From IMG/VR virus record IMGVR_UViG_3300023203_000032: a stretch of 43,859 bases of DNA. One strand, written 5' to 3'. Source of the DNA: a virus. Under the pieces are notes generated by a model. The model did not search any database. It saw nothing but the letters and a program-made list of their open reading frames with translations, and was not told where the DNA came from. A program made the position numbers and the translations under genes. Below are positions 7,287 through 16,662 of this stretch, piece after piece. How positions within the stretch are numbered: the stretch's first letter is position 1; each line of letters opens with the position of its first letter.

Positions 7287-8234
7287 TCACACAACCCACG
7301 GCGGAACGAGGTTCAACGGGGCGAACGACGCCTTGTTGACGCGGCGAAACTTGCAGAAGTAGACCGGAAACACGAGTGCGCCAGTGGTCGGGTTGCGTGG
7401 AACCAGCGATCCATCGGGCTTGAGCGGCTGCGGCTGGCCGTCGGTGACGCCCAGGTCGACGTGGGGGACCGGGACCTTCTTGCCATTGATCGTCACCAGC
7501 GACTTCGGCCCGGCGTTCAGGACGTAGTGGGGATCCCAGCCGCCTTTGCAGATCTGCTGGCCCTCCGTGTCGAGCGCCAATTCCACCGGGACGAGGATCT
7601 TCGGGTTGACCAGGACCGTGAACGTCCGCAAGAACCAGTACGCGCCCCACTCATAAACCTCTTCGGTCGCGATGTTCCGGACGAGCGCCGTGCCCGCCGC
7701 CGCGCCATTCCACGGGTCCGTGTTCGTCGCGTTCAGGTAGCCGCGGTCTGCGGTCCGGTTGAGCGTCGATTCGTAGCGCGTGATCGTCACCTCATCGACG
7801 AAAATGGGCAGGTCCGGCGGGGGCGCGAACTGGATGCCCGCCGTGTCGGCAAACAGCTTGCCGTCGAGGTCGTGGAACCACGATTGCGGGATCTCGATGA
7901 AGTTGAAACGCCATCTGGGGCGGCGCTGGTCCGGGGCCTTCTGGTCCTCTTGCGGGGCCCACTTCCCTCGCGTGACCGTGTTCCACTCCGCTCGCACGTC
8001 CCAGAAGTAGGGGTCGTCCCTGTTTCGCCGCGCGTCCACGTCGACGCAGATTGCGGCGGGATTCTCCGGGTGCGGACTGCCATAGATGGGCAGGAGCCCG
8101 CAGGCCAGAATGATCGCCCTCGATTCCGTCGGCGTGTCTGACTTGACGGTGTACTCGGTGAAGAACGTCTGCGAGCCGGCCTCATGCGAGCCCGCTCCGG
8201 CCGAACACTTCGGTTTGACGTATTCAACCGCCAT
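7287..8234 (-). CDS. Hypothetical minor tail protein (315 aa; distal-tail position)
   Basis: ATG at 8234, immediately after the tape measure stop (8238-8240). Protein-like composition; assigned by position. Confidence 0.6.
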   Translation of the reverse strand: MAVEYVKPKCSAGAGSHEAGSQTFFTEYTVKSDTPTESRAIILACGLLPIYGSPHPENPAAICVDVDARRNRDDPYFWDVRAEWNTVTRGKWAPQEDQKAPDQRRPRWRFNFIEIPQSWFHDLDGKLFADTAGIQFAPPPDLPIFVDEVTITRYESTLNRTADRGYLNATNTDPWNGAAAGTALVRNIATEEVYEWGAYWFLRTFTVLVNPKILVPVELALDTEGQQICKGGWDPHYVLNAGPKSLVTINGKKVPVPHVDLGVTDGQPQPLKPDGSLVPRNPTTGALVFPVYFCKFRRVNKASFAPLNLVPPWVV

Positions 8235-8237
8235 GGT

Positions 8238-10028
8238 CTACCTTCCGCCGATGCGAAACGTGGCTCCGTCGCTTCCAAGCCGCTGGAGCATCCGGTTCGT
8301 GTTCTTTTCGATTGCGTCCAGCTTCGCGTTGGCCGCCACCGCCAGCTTGACCTGCTGGCCGGCAAGCTGGCTCTGGACCACAGCCGCGTGGGCCTCCCTC
8401 GACCCGACCGCCATTGCGGCGGCAGGCGTCACGCGCTGGCTGACCTCGGTCAGGGCCTGGAACGCTGCCCGTCGCAGGTTGCGCTGGGCGTCGCGGAACT
8501 CCTCGTCCGAGAGCAGCCGCCGATCGGCGGCAAGCTGTCCGAGGCCGGCCGCGTAATCCTCCGCCCCGGTCGAGAGTCCGTAGGCCCGCTTCACGTCCAG
8601 GAAACGGCGTCCGACGAGGGTGTCCGTCGCAGCCGTGGGCCACCCCAGCGCCGCCCCCTGGCGACGGAGCATGTCGGCGGTCTCCTGCCACCGCTGGCCG
8701 GGGCTGAGCAGCTCTTGCCTGGCCGATTCGGTGTCCAGGCCCGTCCTCGTCTGGTAGTAGCCCTCCAGCTTGCGGAGGCGAAGCCGGTGGTATTCTTCCT
8801 CGTTGAGCTGCTTCTGCCGGTAGAGCCAGTCAAGCCGGCCCAGCTCGTCGCGGAGAACCTCGCCTGGATTGCGATTGGCCTCGACCATCGCCCGGGCCTC
8901 GACCTGTTCCCTGGCCCGATCCCGCGCCGCCCACTGCGCGTCAAACTGTTCAATTCGCCTTCGTACCTCTCCCGGGGCCACGCCTCCTTCGATCAGCCGC
9001 TTGGTCATGTCGTCGCGCTCGAACAGGTACCGCGTGTGCTCGCCGCCGGCAAGGATCGCCGTCTCGCGGGCCATGCTCTCGAGCATCTTGTCCGCGCCCT
9101 GCATCGCCGCTTCGCGCCGCTGGCGAACAGCTTGCTCCTGACGCGCTTGAGCGGCCAACTCCCGCGCGTGCAATCGCTGGGCCTCCTTCTCTTTCTCCAG
9201 GTCCGCCAGTGCGGATACATCCGCCATACCAAGGCTCGCGGCGTTGACCAGTTTGCCCCACGTCCACGCTGCCATACCTTTCAGACCCGACCATCCCGCG
9301 GTTGCTGCAAGGGCTCCGCCCTCGGTGGCGGGTCCGTAGGTCGAGAGCCCCTGCTGCTTCGCAAACTGCTCATAGGTCATTCCGAGGCGGTTCGCCTCCT
9401 CCCGGACCTGCTTGATCTCGCGGCCCAAGTCGGCGGCAAACCGGTGGGCCACCAACAGGCCGGCGGCAAACAGACCAACGCCCTTCGTTGCCGCCGACAT
9501 GCCTTCGGTCGCTCCAATCACGGCGCCGAACGGCCCGACCGCCGCGCGACCCAGAGCAAGACGGCCCAACGTGCGCAACGGCCCGAAGTCCTGCCCGCCC
9601 TGCATCTGGCCGCCCTGCATCGCCGCCCATTCCGCCTCGTCGCGGCTCAACTCCGTCCTGGTGGACATCCCGAACGGCAGGAGAGAGCGGAGACGGGTCT
9701 GGCGACGCAGGGCCAGATCGACCGGCGAGGCGGCGAGGTTTTCCATCGCGTACCAGCCGAGCATGTCTCGGCTGTTGGGGCGAGGATCGTATCCGCTGTA
9801 GTTGCGGACATCCTCCCTCAGACTCCGCATCGCGTCTCGCCATGCGTCGGCGCGGGTCTGGAGATCCCGCGCGAGGGCGTCCTGCGATTGGCGTACGCGG
9901 CCGGCCGTCCGCTCGTACTCCTCGGCAAAACTGCCCAGGTCCCGCCTCGCGTCGCGCGTCCCGGCGGTGAACTGCGCCGCGTTGGCCAGGAAGTCGATTC
10001 GGATTTGCCCAGCAACGGAAGCGCCCAT
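8238..10028 (-). CDS. Tail tape measure protein (596 aa)
   Basis: Immediately follows the G/GT chaperone. Long helical Ala/Arg/Gln/Glu-rich sequence with a central Gly-rich hydrophobic patch (GAVIGATEGMSAATKGVGLFAAGLLVA). Confidence 0.8.
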   Translation of the reverse strand: MGASVAGQIRIDFLANAAQFTAGTRDARRDLGSFAEEYERTAGRVRQSQDALARDLQTRADAWRDAMRSLREDVRNYSGYDPRPNSRDMLGWYAMENLAASPVDLALRRQTRLRSLLPFGMSTRTELSRDEAEWAAMQGGQMQGGQDFGPLRTLGRLALGRAAVGPFGAVIGATEGMSAATKGVGLFAAGLLVAHRFAADLGREIKQVREEANRLGMTYEQFAKQQGLSTYGPATEGGALAATAGWSGLKGMAAWTWGKLVNAASLGMADVSALADLEKEKEAQRLHARELAAQARQEQAVRQRREAAMQGADKMLESMARETAILAGGEHTRYLFERDDMTKRLIEGGVAPGEVRRRIEQFDAQWAARDRAREQVEARAMVEANRNPGEVLRDELGRLDWLYRQKQLNEEEYHRLRLRKLEGYYQTRTGLDTESARQELLSPGQRWQETADMLRRQGAALGWPTAATDTLVGRRFLDVKRAYGLSTGAEDYAAGLGQLAADRRLLSDEEFRDAQRNLRRAAFQALTEVSQRVTPAAAMAVGSREAHAAVVQSQLAGQQVKLAVAANAKLDAIEKNTNRMLQRLGSDGATFRIGGR

Positions 10029-10029
10029 G

Positions 10030-10395
10030 TCAGGCCTCTTCTGGGGGGGGCGCCGTCGGCGGGTTGGCTTTCACAATCCGACAGACGGCCTCAAACACGC
10101 GCTTCATTTCGTCCTGACTCTGAACCGCCGGCTCTCCTCGAAGCAGCCGCATGTATTCGACCGGGGCCTTGGGCTGGACGCCGTGGACCGCGGCAACATG
10201 GGCGATCAGCGTGCCGATCGCCTCGTCGAGTCGCTCGGCGTCCCACGGCTCCAGGTCGTAAAGCACACGCCACTGCTCGAACAACGCCGAGGGCGTGTCT
10301 GCTAGGAGCCGCTCGAAGTCGAGGCCGAAGCCGGTGTGGACGGTGCGGCACAGGAGCATGGCGAACCACTCTCGGCCGTGCTCGCGGAGTTTTTT
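10030..10395 (-). CDS. Tail assembly chaperone -1 frame extension (gpT-like), expressed as a G-T fusion
   Basis: The -1 frame is open from the slippery site to the stop at 10030-10032. After the slip it reads KKLREHGREWFAMLLCRTVHTGFGLDFERLL..., continuous with track ORF 10030..10359. Confidence 0.7.
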   Translation of the reverse strand, partial: KKLREHGREWFAMLLCRTVHTGFGLDFERLLADTPSALFEQWRVLYDLEPWDAERLDEAIGTLIAHVAAVHGVQPKAPVEYMRLLRGEPAVQSQDEMKRVFEAVCRIVKANPPTAPPPEEA

Positions 10396-10742
10396 CGCCA
10401 GCCCTCGCGGTTCTCCTCAGTCAGGCCGTTGTGGTAGCAGCCGGCCGAGTAAAGTCGCTCGATCGTCGGTCCCAACGTCGCCGACTGGCTGAGCCAGAGG
10501 ATGTCGTCGTCGTTGAAGATGCGGTTGCCGGCGGCGTCGCACGCCAGAAGCGCCACCAGCGTGGCCCGCGAGTCGGCCTCCAAGTCCTTGGCCGACGCGC
10601 GGAAGTAGTTGTTGATCACGCCCGTCGAAACGCGACGGACGTAGATTTGCCCGTCCCACTGGGGCAGGTCCGGCGTCGGCACGGCCAACGGCGGGGGTGG
10701 CGCGGACTGCGCAAATTCACGGATTTCGTCGCGGAGAGTCAT
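10302..10742 (-). CDS. Tail assembly chaperone (gpG-like, 146 aa in 0 frame)
   Basis: ATG at 10742 (MTLRDEIREF...) inside track ORF 10302..11066. Lies between the tube protein and the tape measure and contains the slippery site. Confidence 0.75.
   Translation of the reverse strand: MTLRDEIREFAQSAPPPPLAVPTPDLPQWDGQIYVRRVSTGVINNYFRASAKDLEADSRATLVALLACDAAGNRIFNDDDILWLSQSATLGPTIERLYSAGCYHNGLTEENREGWRKNSASTAESGSPCSCAAPSTPASASTSSGS
10389..10395 (-). other. Programmed -1 ribosomal frameshift slippery heptamer A_AAA_AAC
   Basis: Minus strand reads cgA AAA AAC in the 0 frame of the chaperone gene; frame arithmetic from the ATG at 10742 places A at codon position 3. The -1 frame matches the downstream ORF frame. 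Confidence 0.7.
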
Positions 10743-10801
10743 GCGAATAACCTCTGTCTGGGGGTCGTGGTGTTCTGACCGATCAGCGCTGGGCCGTCCT
10801 G

Positions 10802-11164
10802 TCACTCGCTGTCCGGCACGGTGGGACGCAACTCGGCCGTCCCGGTGATCGGCGCGTCCCAATCGCCGGTGTCTTCCATGGGGCCAACCTGCCACACGCC
10901 GGGCGCGGCCACCTGGGTGCCATCCGCCCACGCGATCGCGATGGCGCCCTTGGCTTTGTAGGTGAGCCCACAGTGCCCCTTGAACCTCACCCGGAGGGCG
11001 AAGTCCGGCTGACTGCTCACCTCCCAGAGCTTGTTGAGATCGGCCGGCTCGGTGACCTCCACCCACTGCCCCCCCGTGCTGTAACTCAACCCAGCCACCC
11101 TGGCGACCGGCGCGCCGGCGAAGTTGAGAACACTGCCGTTGAACATTCGTGTAACCAGTGCCAT
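10802..11164 (-). CDS. Putative major tail (tube) protein (120 aa)
   Basis: GGAGG RBS. Canonical position directly upstream of the G/GT chaperone. Small for a tube protein, so tentative. Confidence 0.55.
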   Translation of the reverse strand: MALVTRMFNGSVLNFAGAPVARVAGLSYSTGGQWVEVTEPADLNKLWEVSSQPDFALRVRFKGHCGLTYKAKGAIAIAWADGTQVAAPGVWQVGPMEDTGDWDAPITGTAELRPTVPDSE

Positions 11165-11179
11165 GGTCGTGGGCCTCCG

Positions 11180-11752
11180 CTAACTCCTGAGAAACGACGA
11201 AGCCTCGGTGAGGATCCGTTCCGTGGCCTCGCTGGTAATCGCCGACACAACCGTTTCCGCCCGCCGGAAGGCTTCTTCGACAAAGGGATCGGCCGGGGCC
11301 GCCGCAACGCTCCTGCCGAGAAACCGGTCGGTGCGGACGTCGTACAGGACCTTCTTGCCTGCTGCGTGAATCGCCTTTCGGCCGCCTGTGACCAGGTGCA
11401 GGTACTTGGCCGGGTTCTGCACGGGCAGCTCGACGTTCGCCGCGGACTTTCGCTTGCTGAGGTAGCGAAGCCTACCCCGCATCGAGGTCTCGATCCGCCG
11501 GCGGTACCCGCGACGGACACCGGCCGTGATGAAGAGCACGCCACTTCGGTAGACCCGCAGCGGCGACGTGCCGATCGCGGCTTGCAGGAGCCCGCTCTGC
11601 CGCGGGGCTCCCGCGCGCTCCTCCGCGGCAATCCTCGCGCCGCCTTCCCGCACGAGCGGCCTGAGCACGCGCTTCTGCGCGGCAGCCGGAAGCTGGGCAA
11701 ACATACGGAGGACCCTGCGGTCGCCCGTGATCTGCATGGACAGGCCACTCAT
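11180..11752 (-). CDS. HK97 gp10-like tail completion / neck protein (190 aa)
   Basis: ATGA start/stop overlap with the upstream gene. N-terminal pattern MQITGDRRVLRMFAQLPAAAQKRVLRPLVREGG resembles remembered gp10-family N termini. Position supports the call. Confidence 0.55.
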   Translation of the reverse strand: MSGLSMQITGDRRVLRMFAQLPAAAQKRVLRPLVREGGARIAAEERAGAPRQSGLLQAAIGTSPLRVYRSGVLFITAGVRRGYRRRIETSMRGRLRYLSKRKSAANVELPVQNPAKYLHLVTGGRKAIHAAGKKVLYDVRTDRFLGRSVAAAPADPFVEEAFRRAETVVSAITSEATERILTEASSFLRS

Positions 11753-12195
11753 TGTCGATCAAGCACGCGGTGCCAGGTGGTCTGAATCTCGGCGTAAAAA
11801 CGCCACGTCTCGTGGTAGTCCTTGAGGTTCCGCGCCGGGCTCCGGACCGTCTTGACGCACACGGCGCCCTGGATCACCGTCGTGCGACAGAACCGCGCCA
11901 GCTCGGACACCAGCGCCGAAAGCGCCCGGCACACCGCCGGCCGGTCGTCCTTCTCCGTCAGCTTCTGCTGCACCACCAAGAGGACGCCAAACTCCTCGAG
12001 GGGCACGCCTGCCCCCGACGCCGGCAGCAGGCTCTCGGCCACGTCCACCGCCCAGACCTGCGGCGCGAGCAACTCCGCGTCGGCAAGCTCGGCCAGGGCG
12101 TCGTCCTTCCACTGGGGCGTGAAAGGCAACGAAAAGGCCCCGGCAGCCAGCGCCGCCACAAGGTCGTCGGTAAGGTCCATCAGGGGGTCAGGCAT
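11749..12195 (-). CDS. Head-tail connector / head closure protein candidate (148 aa)
   Basis: Translationally coupled (8-nt overlap). Position between the capsid and tail genes. Confidence 0.5.
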   Translation of the reverse strand: MPDPLMDLTDDLVAALAAGAFSLPFTPQWKDDALAELADAELLAPQVWAVDVAESLLPASGAGVPLEEFGVLLVVQQKLTEKDDRPAVCRALSALVSELARFCRTTVIQGAVCVKTVRSPARNLKDYHETWRFYAEIQTTWHRVLDRQ

Positions 12196-12571
12196 GACCC
12201 ACTCTCTTGGTATAGACCCGGATCAAGTGCCCCGTGGGATCGCACTGCCGAAAACACTGTTTCCCGTCGGCCGGCAGGACCTCGAACAGCTGGCCGTCGC
12301 CGTGCTCCTGTTCGACAACCGTGATCCTGTCGCCCTGTTGCGGTGCGGCCAACCTCCCGCCGAGGATCAGGGCCTCGGCAGGAAAGATGAAGTCTCGATC
12401 GGTGTGCTCGATCCGCACGGTGTCGGCCGCCTCCACCTGAAACTCCGACCGGCCGAACGTCGCAGTGATCCAAACGGTTTCCGCCCCCCGCTCATAGATG
12501 ATCTGGCCGCCATGGACGCGCGAGCTTGCGCGCTGGGCCGCCTGAAGCACCTTGTCCAACAGTGGGGGCAT
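12188..12571 (-). CDS. Head-tail adaptor candidate (127 aa)
   Basis: ATG-initiated ORF in the connector block; assigned by position only. Confidence 0.5.
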   Translation of the reverse strand: MPPLLDKVLQAAQRASSRVHGGQIIYERGAETVWITATFGRSEFQVEAADTVRIEHTDRDFIFPAEALILGGRLAAPQQGDRITVVEQEHGDGQLFEVLPADGKQCFRQCDPTGHLIRVYTKRVGHA

Positions 12572-12592
12572 CGTTCCACTTCCCGCCGTTTG

Positions 12593-13003
12593 TCAGAACA
12601 CGAGCGAGGCAGCGAAGCTGCTTCCGCTCGCGTCTCCCGCGGCGCTCCCCGTGGCCTTGACGCGGATGTACCGCTTCACGTCGCTCGGCAGGGCCACGCG
12701 CTTCGACGCCGCCGCACAGCCAACGCCGCCGGCCCCCGCCTGCGTCAGGACGTTTCCGTACACTGCCGTCTCCGTGGCAAAGGCCTCATCGGCCGCGTGG
12801 AAGACCGCATACACCATCGTCTTGCCGTTCGGCATCGCCGTGGCATCGAGCGCGGGGGCCTCGATCAGGATCTCGAGCGGCATGTGATTGTCCGCCTTCT
12901 CCGACAGACCCAGGTCAATTCCGTTCGACGCGGCCGTGGCGGCGCCATTCGGGAGCGCCTTGGTGACGCTCAGTTGTTTGTCCTTCACCAAAAAACCAGG
13001 CAT
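12593..13003 (-). CDS. Putative head decoration / structural protein (136 aa)
   Basis: ATG at 13003 with GAGGT upstream (track ORF starts at a TTG at 13009). Immediately downstream of the major capsid gene. Ala/Gly/Ser-rich beta-like sequence. Confidence 0.5.
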   Translation of the reverse strand: MPGFLVKDKQLSVTKALPNGAATAASNGIDLGLSEKADNHMPLEILIEAPALDATAMPNGKTMVYAVFHAADEAFATETAVYGNVLTQAGAGGVGCAAASKRVALPSDVKRYIRVKATGSAAGDASGSSFAASLVF

Positions 13004-13067
13004 GGTCAACCTCGATGGTCAGGGTGTGTGATAGGTGGTCAGGCAATCGCGACGGAACGCGAACCTG

Positions 13068-14030
13068 CTACAGCGCCAACGGCTCGGTGTTCACAATCGA
13101 ATCGGTCACCGCGATGGGCACGCCATGCGACTCCTGGGGGAAGGGGGCAGGAACGCCCGTCGCGTTGGTCGCGGTGCGCGACTGCTGCAACTGCGCAAGC
13201 GAACGCCGCGACATGAACGCCACGTCGGGGAAGACGCCGACCGGGAACTTCAGGATCGCCTCGGCGATCAGGTCGTCGGTCAACCCCTTGCCCGCGTCGG
13301 TCGTGAGCTTCTTGATCCGCACCGCATGCTGCGTCGAAAGGAACTGCAGCCCGGGCAGGGCGAAGAGCTCCTGGTGGTAGCGCGAGTAGGGCTTGTTGTT
13401 GGCATCCAGGCTCTCGCGGATCTCCAGGTCGGATATCTGCATCTGGACGTCGTTCCCCCAGACCCACTGGAGAAACTCGGGGCCGAACGCGACCAGCCAC
13501 ACGCTGCTCCCCGTGTTGTCCGTGGTCCCACCGGCATCGACGACCATGTTCGTGGCGTCGTGGCCGGCCAAGAGTCCGGGAAAGCCCTTCGGATCGCCGA
13601 ACGTATCGTGTCGGCCGTAGTAGAAGCACTTGCAGACCTGCCGCCACGCGGCGCGCAAGTGCGCACTGGCCTGTCTGGCCATGATGACGTCGATCGGGTC
13701 CTTGGACCGCTTCGCGGCCAGGACGCCGACGCCCCATCGCGGGTTGAGGTTGAAGCACTCAGTCAGCCGCTCCTCTTGCCGAGCCTTCGTGTGGTTGGTG
13801 CCTTCGTTGATGTCGACGAACTTGACTTCCGGGTCCTCGACGGTCACCAGCGTGGGGTAATTCGTGCCCGGGATCCCCCGGGCCGCGCCGACGTTGGGAA
13901 TCTGAACCCACTGGCCGGCGTTTCGCGTTCGGCCGGAGATCTCGGGAAACGCCTGGAGCGTTTCCTCGATCAGCCCCTCCGCCATCTGGCCTTTCACGAG
14001 GTCCAACGTGGTCAACAAACCTGTGGGCAT
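13068..14030 (-). CDS. Major capsid protein (320 aa)
   Basis: Strong AGGAGG RBS. Size and position directly after the protease-scaffold gene. No family verified. Confidence 0.7.
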   Translation of the reverse strand: MPTGLLTTLDLVKGQMAEGLIEETLQAFPEISGRTRNAGQWVQIPNVGAARGIPGTNYPTLVTVEDPEVKFVDINEGTNHTKARQEERLTECFNLNPRWGVGVLAAKRSKDPIDVIMARQASAHLRAAWRQVCKCFYYGRHDTFGDPKGFPGLLAGHDATNMVVDAGGTTDNTGSSVWLVAFGPEFLQWVWGNDVQMQISDLEIRESLDANNKPYSRYHQELFALPGLQFLSTQHAVRIKKLTTDAGKGLTDDLIAEAILKFPVGVFPDVAFMSRRSLAQLQQSRTATNATGVPAPFPQESHGVPIAVTDSIVNTEPLAL

Positions 14031-14093
14031 GGTTCACGCCTCCTAGACGAAAATGGATGGTCTGAAAGGTCCAAATGGGGTCGGGGCGAGTTG

Positions 14094-15152
14094 CTACGCC
14101 GCGCCAGCCTTCGCCCCCCGCTGGGCGGCCACGAATTTGGCCAGGCCCGGGGTGAGCGCCGCCTGCAATTCCATCGGAATCGCCGGGGGTTCTCCGCCGC
14201 CGCTGACGGGCTTCTCCTCGCCCAGACTCAGCGAAGCCAAGCGGGCCTCGGCATCGGCTGCCTTCTTTTCCGCCTCGGCCAGCTTGGCCTGCAACTCGGT
14301 CACGACCGTTTTGTGGGCCGCGTCCCGGGCCTCCAAGGCGGCTCCGTGATCCGCCTGGAGCTTCGCCGTGAATTCGGCGTAGCACTCCAGGAGCGGCTTG
14401 TTCTCGCCAAGCGGGCCCCACTTCGCGGCCAACTCCGCGCCGAAGCGGGTGGCGTAGTCCTGGTTTGCGGCGACAAGCTCCGAGCGGATCTGGTCGGGCG
14501 TCTTCGGCTTCGTTTCCTTGGGTTCCGGAGTGGGATCGGCCATTTCGTGGGTCTCCCCGTGCTGTTGAATGGTAATGGAAACGTCGGCATCGTCGCCGGC
14601 GGCGGAAAACTCGCTTTGCGTGTACGGGTCAGCCCCGTACGGGCAGACGGCCACGCCGCGGATCAGACACTCGCGGACCACGGTCAAGGGACCGAGCTCC
14701 ATTCGCCCGTTCACCTGGGCCGGCACGCCGGCGCTGTACTCTTCGATGACAAGCTGGTTGTAGAGGTCGAACTTGATCGACGCCTCGTAGGGAACACCCG
14801 CCGGCCCCTTCACCAGAAGCTCGGCCGCCCGGTCGTCACGCTTGGTGCTGACCAGCTCGCCGGCGATCTTGAGTTGGCCGCCGGTCGCGTCGATCCGGTC
14901 GGCATACCCCACCACTTCGTCCTGGCGATGGCAGTAGTCGAGCGTCACCCGGGGTTTCGACAGCTTCATGCCCGACACGTCGAACACCATCGGCCCCCAG
15001 TACCAATGGTTGAACACCGCGCCGCTTGAGGCAATCAGTTGGATCGGCCCGCGGGAGTTGTTCCCCGACGGTTCGCCTGCCGCGAATTCGCACGCGCCGG
15101 CCACAAACTGGGACGCCCTGGCGGGCACCTTCCTGGTGACTTGCGTGACCAT
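14094..15152 (-). CDS. Prohead protease fused to a C-terminal scaffold-like coiled coil (352 aa)
   Basis: ATG at 15152, 5 nt after the portal stop. The N-terminal half has the HK97-type pattern ...VTLDYCHRQDEVVGYADRI...LKIAGEL. The C-terminal ~150 aa are an Ala/Glu/Lys-rich helix (ELQAKLAEAEKKAADAEARL). Confidence 0.65.
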   Translation of the reverse strand: MVTQVTRKVPARASQFVAGACEFAAGEPSGNNSRGPIQLIASSGAVFNHWYWGPMVFDVSGMKLSKPRVTLDYCHRQDEVVGYADRIDATGGQLKIAGELVSTKRDDRAAELLVKGPAGVPYEASIKFDLYNQLVIEEYSAGVPAQVNGRMELGPLTVVRECLIRGVAVCPYGADPYTQSEFSAAGDDADVSITIQQHGETHEMADPTPEPKETKPKTPDQIRSELVAANQDYATRFGAELAAKWGPLGENKPLLECYAEFTAKLQADHGAALEARDAAHKTVVTELQAKLAEAEKKAADAEARLASLSLGEEKPVSGGGEPPAIPMELQAALTPGLAKFVAAQRGAKAGAA

Positions 15153-15156
15153 CGCG

Positions 15157-16662
15157 TCAACTCTCCTTGGTTCGCGGCCGGGCGTCGGTAAGCTGCTTGG
15201 CCAGGTCGCCATCGACGGCCCAACTCAACGGCACGTCCCGGCTCTTGGCGTACTCGATGGCCTTGGCGATCTGGTCGACGTTCTCGTAGAAGTCGCCCTG
15301 GTCCGCCTCGATGCACACGCGCTGCGGCGTGGTCAACGCGCCGCCGATCGCCTTCAGGTTGGCTGTGACCTCTTCCAGCGGCCGCCACCACGGCATCCCG
15401 CGCGGCACCCACTCCCACGGCTTCCGCGCCAAGTCCATCTGGGACGGGAGCGTCAGTCGCTTGGCGCGAATCTGCTGGGCGTACTTGAACGCCGTGATCC
15501 GATCCAAGAGCCGGCGGACACGCCGCCGCTTCGTGTCGCAGGAACGGTCGTAGCTCAACCAGGCCGTCTTGTTTCCGAAGAAATTCGCTTCCGATTCGTC
15601 GAATAGCCCGTACGGCAGGTCCAGGCTCTTCAGCGCCACCAGCGTCACAAACCGCCAGAAGTCCTGGAGATTACCGCCCGGGTTGTCCGAGTCGAGGAAC
15701 TTGGCGTCGTCGCCGGGCTCCATGTCCAGAAGGACGGGACCGCGCCCCAAGTCGACCTGGTAGCTGCTGCGGATCGGGTTGCCGTTCTCGTCCGTCTCGA
15801 ACGTGACCGTGCCGGCCGACTGCGCAGCGTTTCGCGTGATCGCCATGGCGAACAGGCTGGCCACCTTGCTGCGGACCATCGCGTACTCTTCCGCCTCGTA
15901 CACGTCACGCAGTTGGTTGTAGGCCGTCGCCACCGGCGAGACGCCCCGCTGCTGATCGTACCGCGTGCGGTAAGCGTGCAGGTGGAAGTTCTTTGCCGGG
16001 ACCAGCCGCTCGAGCTCCAGCGAGCTCCAGCCGCCGACACGACGGTGGACGGCGTACTCCAGCGGCCGACCACTCTCCGTCGTCCGCACGCCGTTGTACC
16101 AGTGCTCGTCCCGGAGTCGGGAGTAGAGGCCAGGATAGGCCAGCCCGCCGCTCGGGTCCCGAACGCGATCTGCCTCGATACCCTGGATCCGACCTCCGTC
16201 GGCGTCGATAAAGAGCGTTCCACAGTCGCCATCCAGAACGGCCATGGCCTCGTTGATCTGGACGTACTCGGACAGGTCGCACAGGGTTCGCTCGTCGAGC
16301 CGGTCGGCCGCGAACTCCTCTGCCATCACAGCCTCGATCTCGTCGTCCAGGCCGTCGTCGCCGGTCCGCGACTGGAAGCGGTGCTCGCACACGTAGTTCA
16401 AGTGCTGCCGGACCATCCAGTCCAACAGCGACGAATTGCGGCGCAGGTCGCGCATCCCGCCGATGAGCCGCCGCCGCTGGTCCGGCCCGAGGTGGCGGTC
16501 CTCGTGCTGCGTTGCCCCGGAGGGGGCCTTGCGCCGTCCCTTCGGGTTCAACGCGTCGTAGGCCGACGGGACGGCGCCCTGATCCGACAGTTCCGCGACT
16601 CCCGCGGGGGTCACGTCACAGCAGGTACAGCCAAGAATCACGGTCATAATCCAGGCGGCCAT
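15157..16662 (-). CDS. Portal protein (lambda gpB-like by context, 501 aa)
   Basis: ATG at 16662 overlaps the gpW-like stop (TGATG). Size and position between gpW-like and the protease. The exact start is uncertain. Confidence 0.8.
   Translation of the reverse strand: MAAWIMTVILGCTCCDVTPAGVAELSDQGAVPSAYDALNPKGRRKAPSGATQHEDRHLGPDQRRRLIGGMRDLRRNSSLLDWMVRQHLNYVCEHRFQSRTGDDGLDDEIEAVMAEEFAADRLDERTLCDLSEYVQINEAMAVLDGDCGTLFIDADGGRIQGIEADRVRDPSGGLAYPGLYSRLRDEHWYNGVRTTESGRPLEYAVHRRVGGWSSLELERLVPAKNFHLHAYRTRYDQQRGVSPVATAYNQLRDVYEAEEYAMVRSKVASLFAMAITRNAAQSAGTVTFETDENGNPIRSSYQVDLGRGPVLLDMEPGDDAKFLDSDNPGGNLQDFWRFVTLVALKSLDLPYGLFDESEANFFGNKTAWLSYDRSCDTKRRRVRRLLDRITAFKYAQQIRAKRLTLPSQMDLARKPWEWVPRGMPWWRPLEEVTANLKAIGGALTTPQRVCIEADQGDFYENVDQIAKAIEYAKSRDVPLSWAVDGDLAKQLTDARPRTKES

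Noticed and set aside
8184-10778. Very long plus-strand ORF (864 aa). Similar long ORFs lie opposite the annotated genes: 5984-7339, 6993-8141, 13035-15029, 21645-23222, 33372-34913, 34340-35527 and minus 41834-43279.
   Set aside because: These are Arg/Gly/Pro/Ala-rich low-complexity translations typical of stop-poor antisense or off-frames in GC-rich DNA. Each fully overlaps a gene with recognisable motifs, an RBS and operon logic on the other strand or frame.
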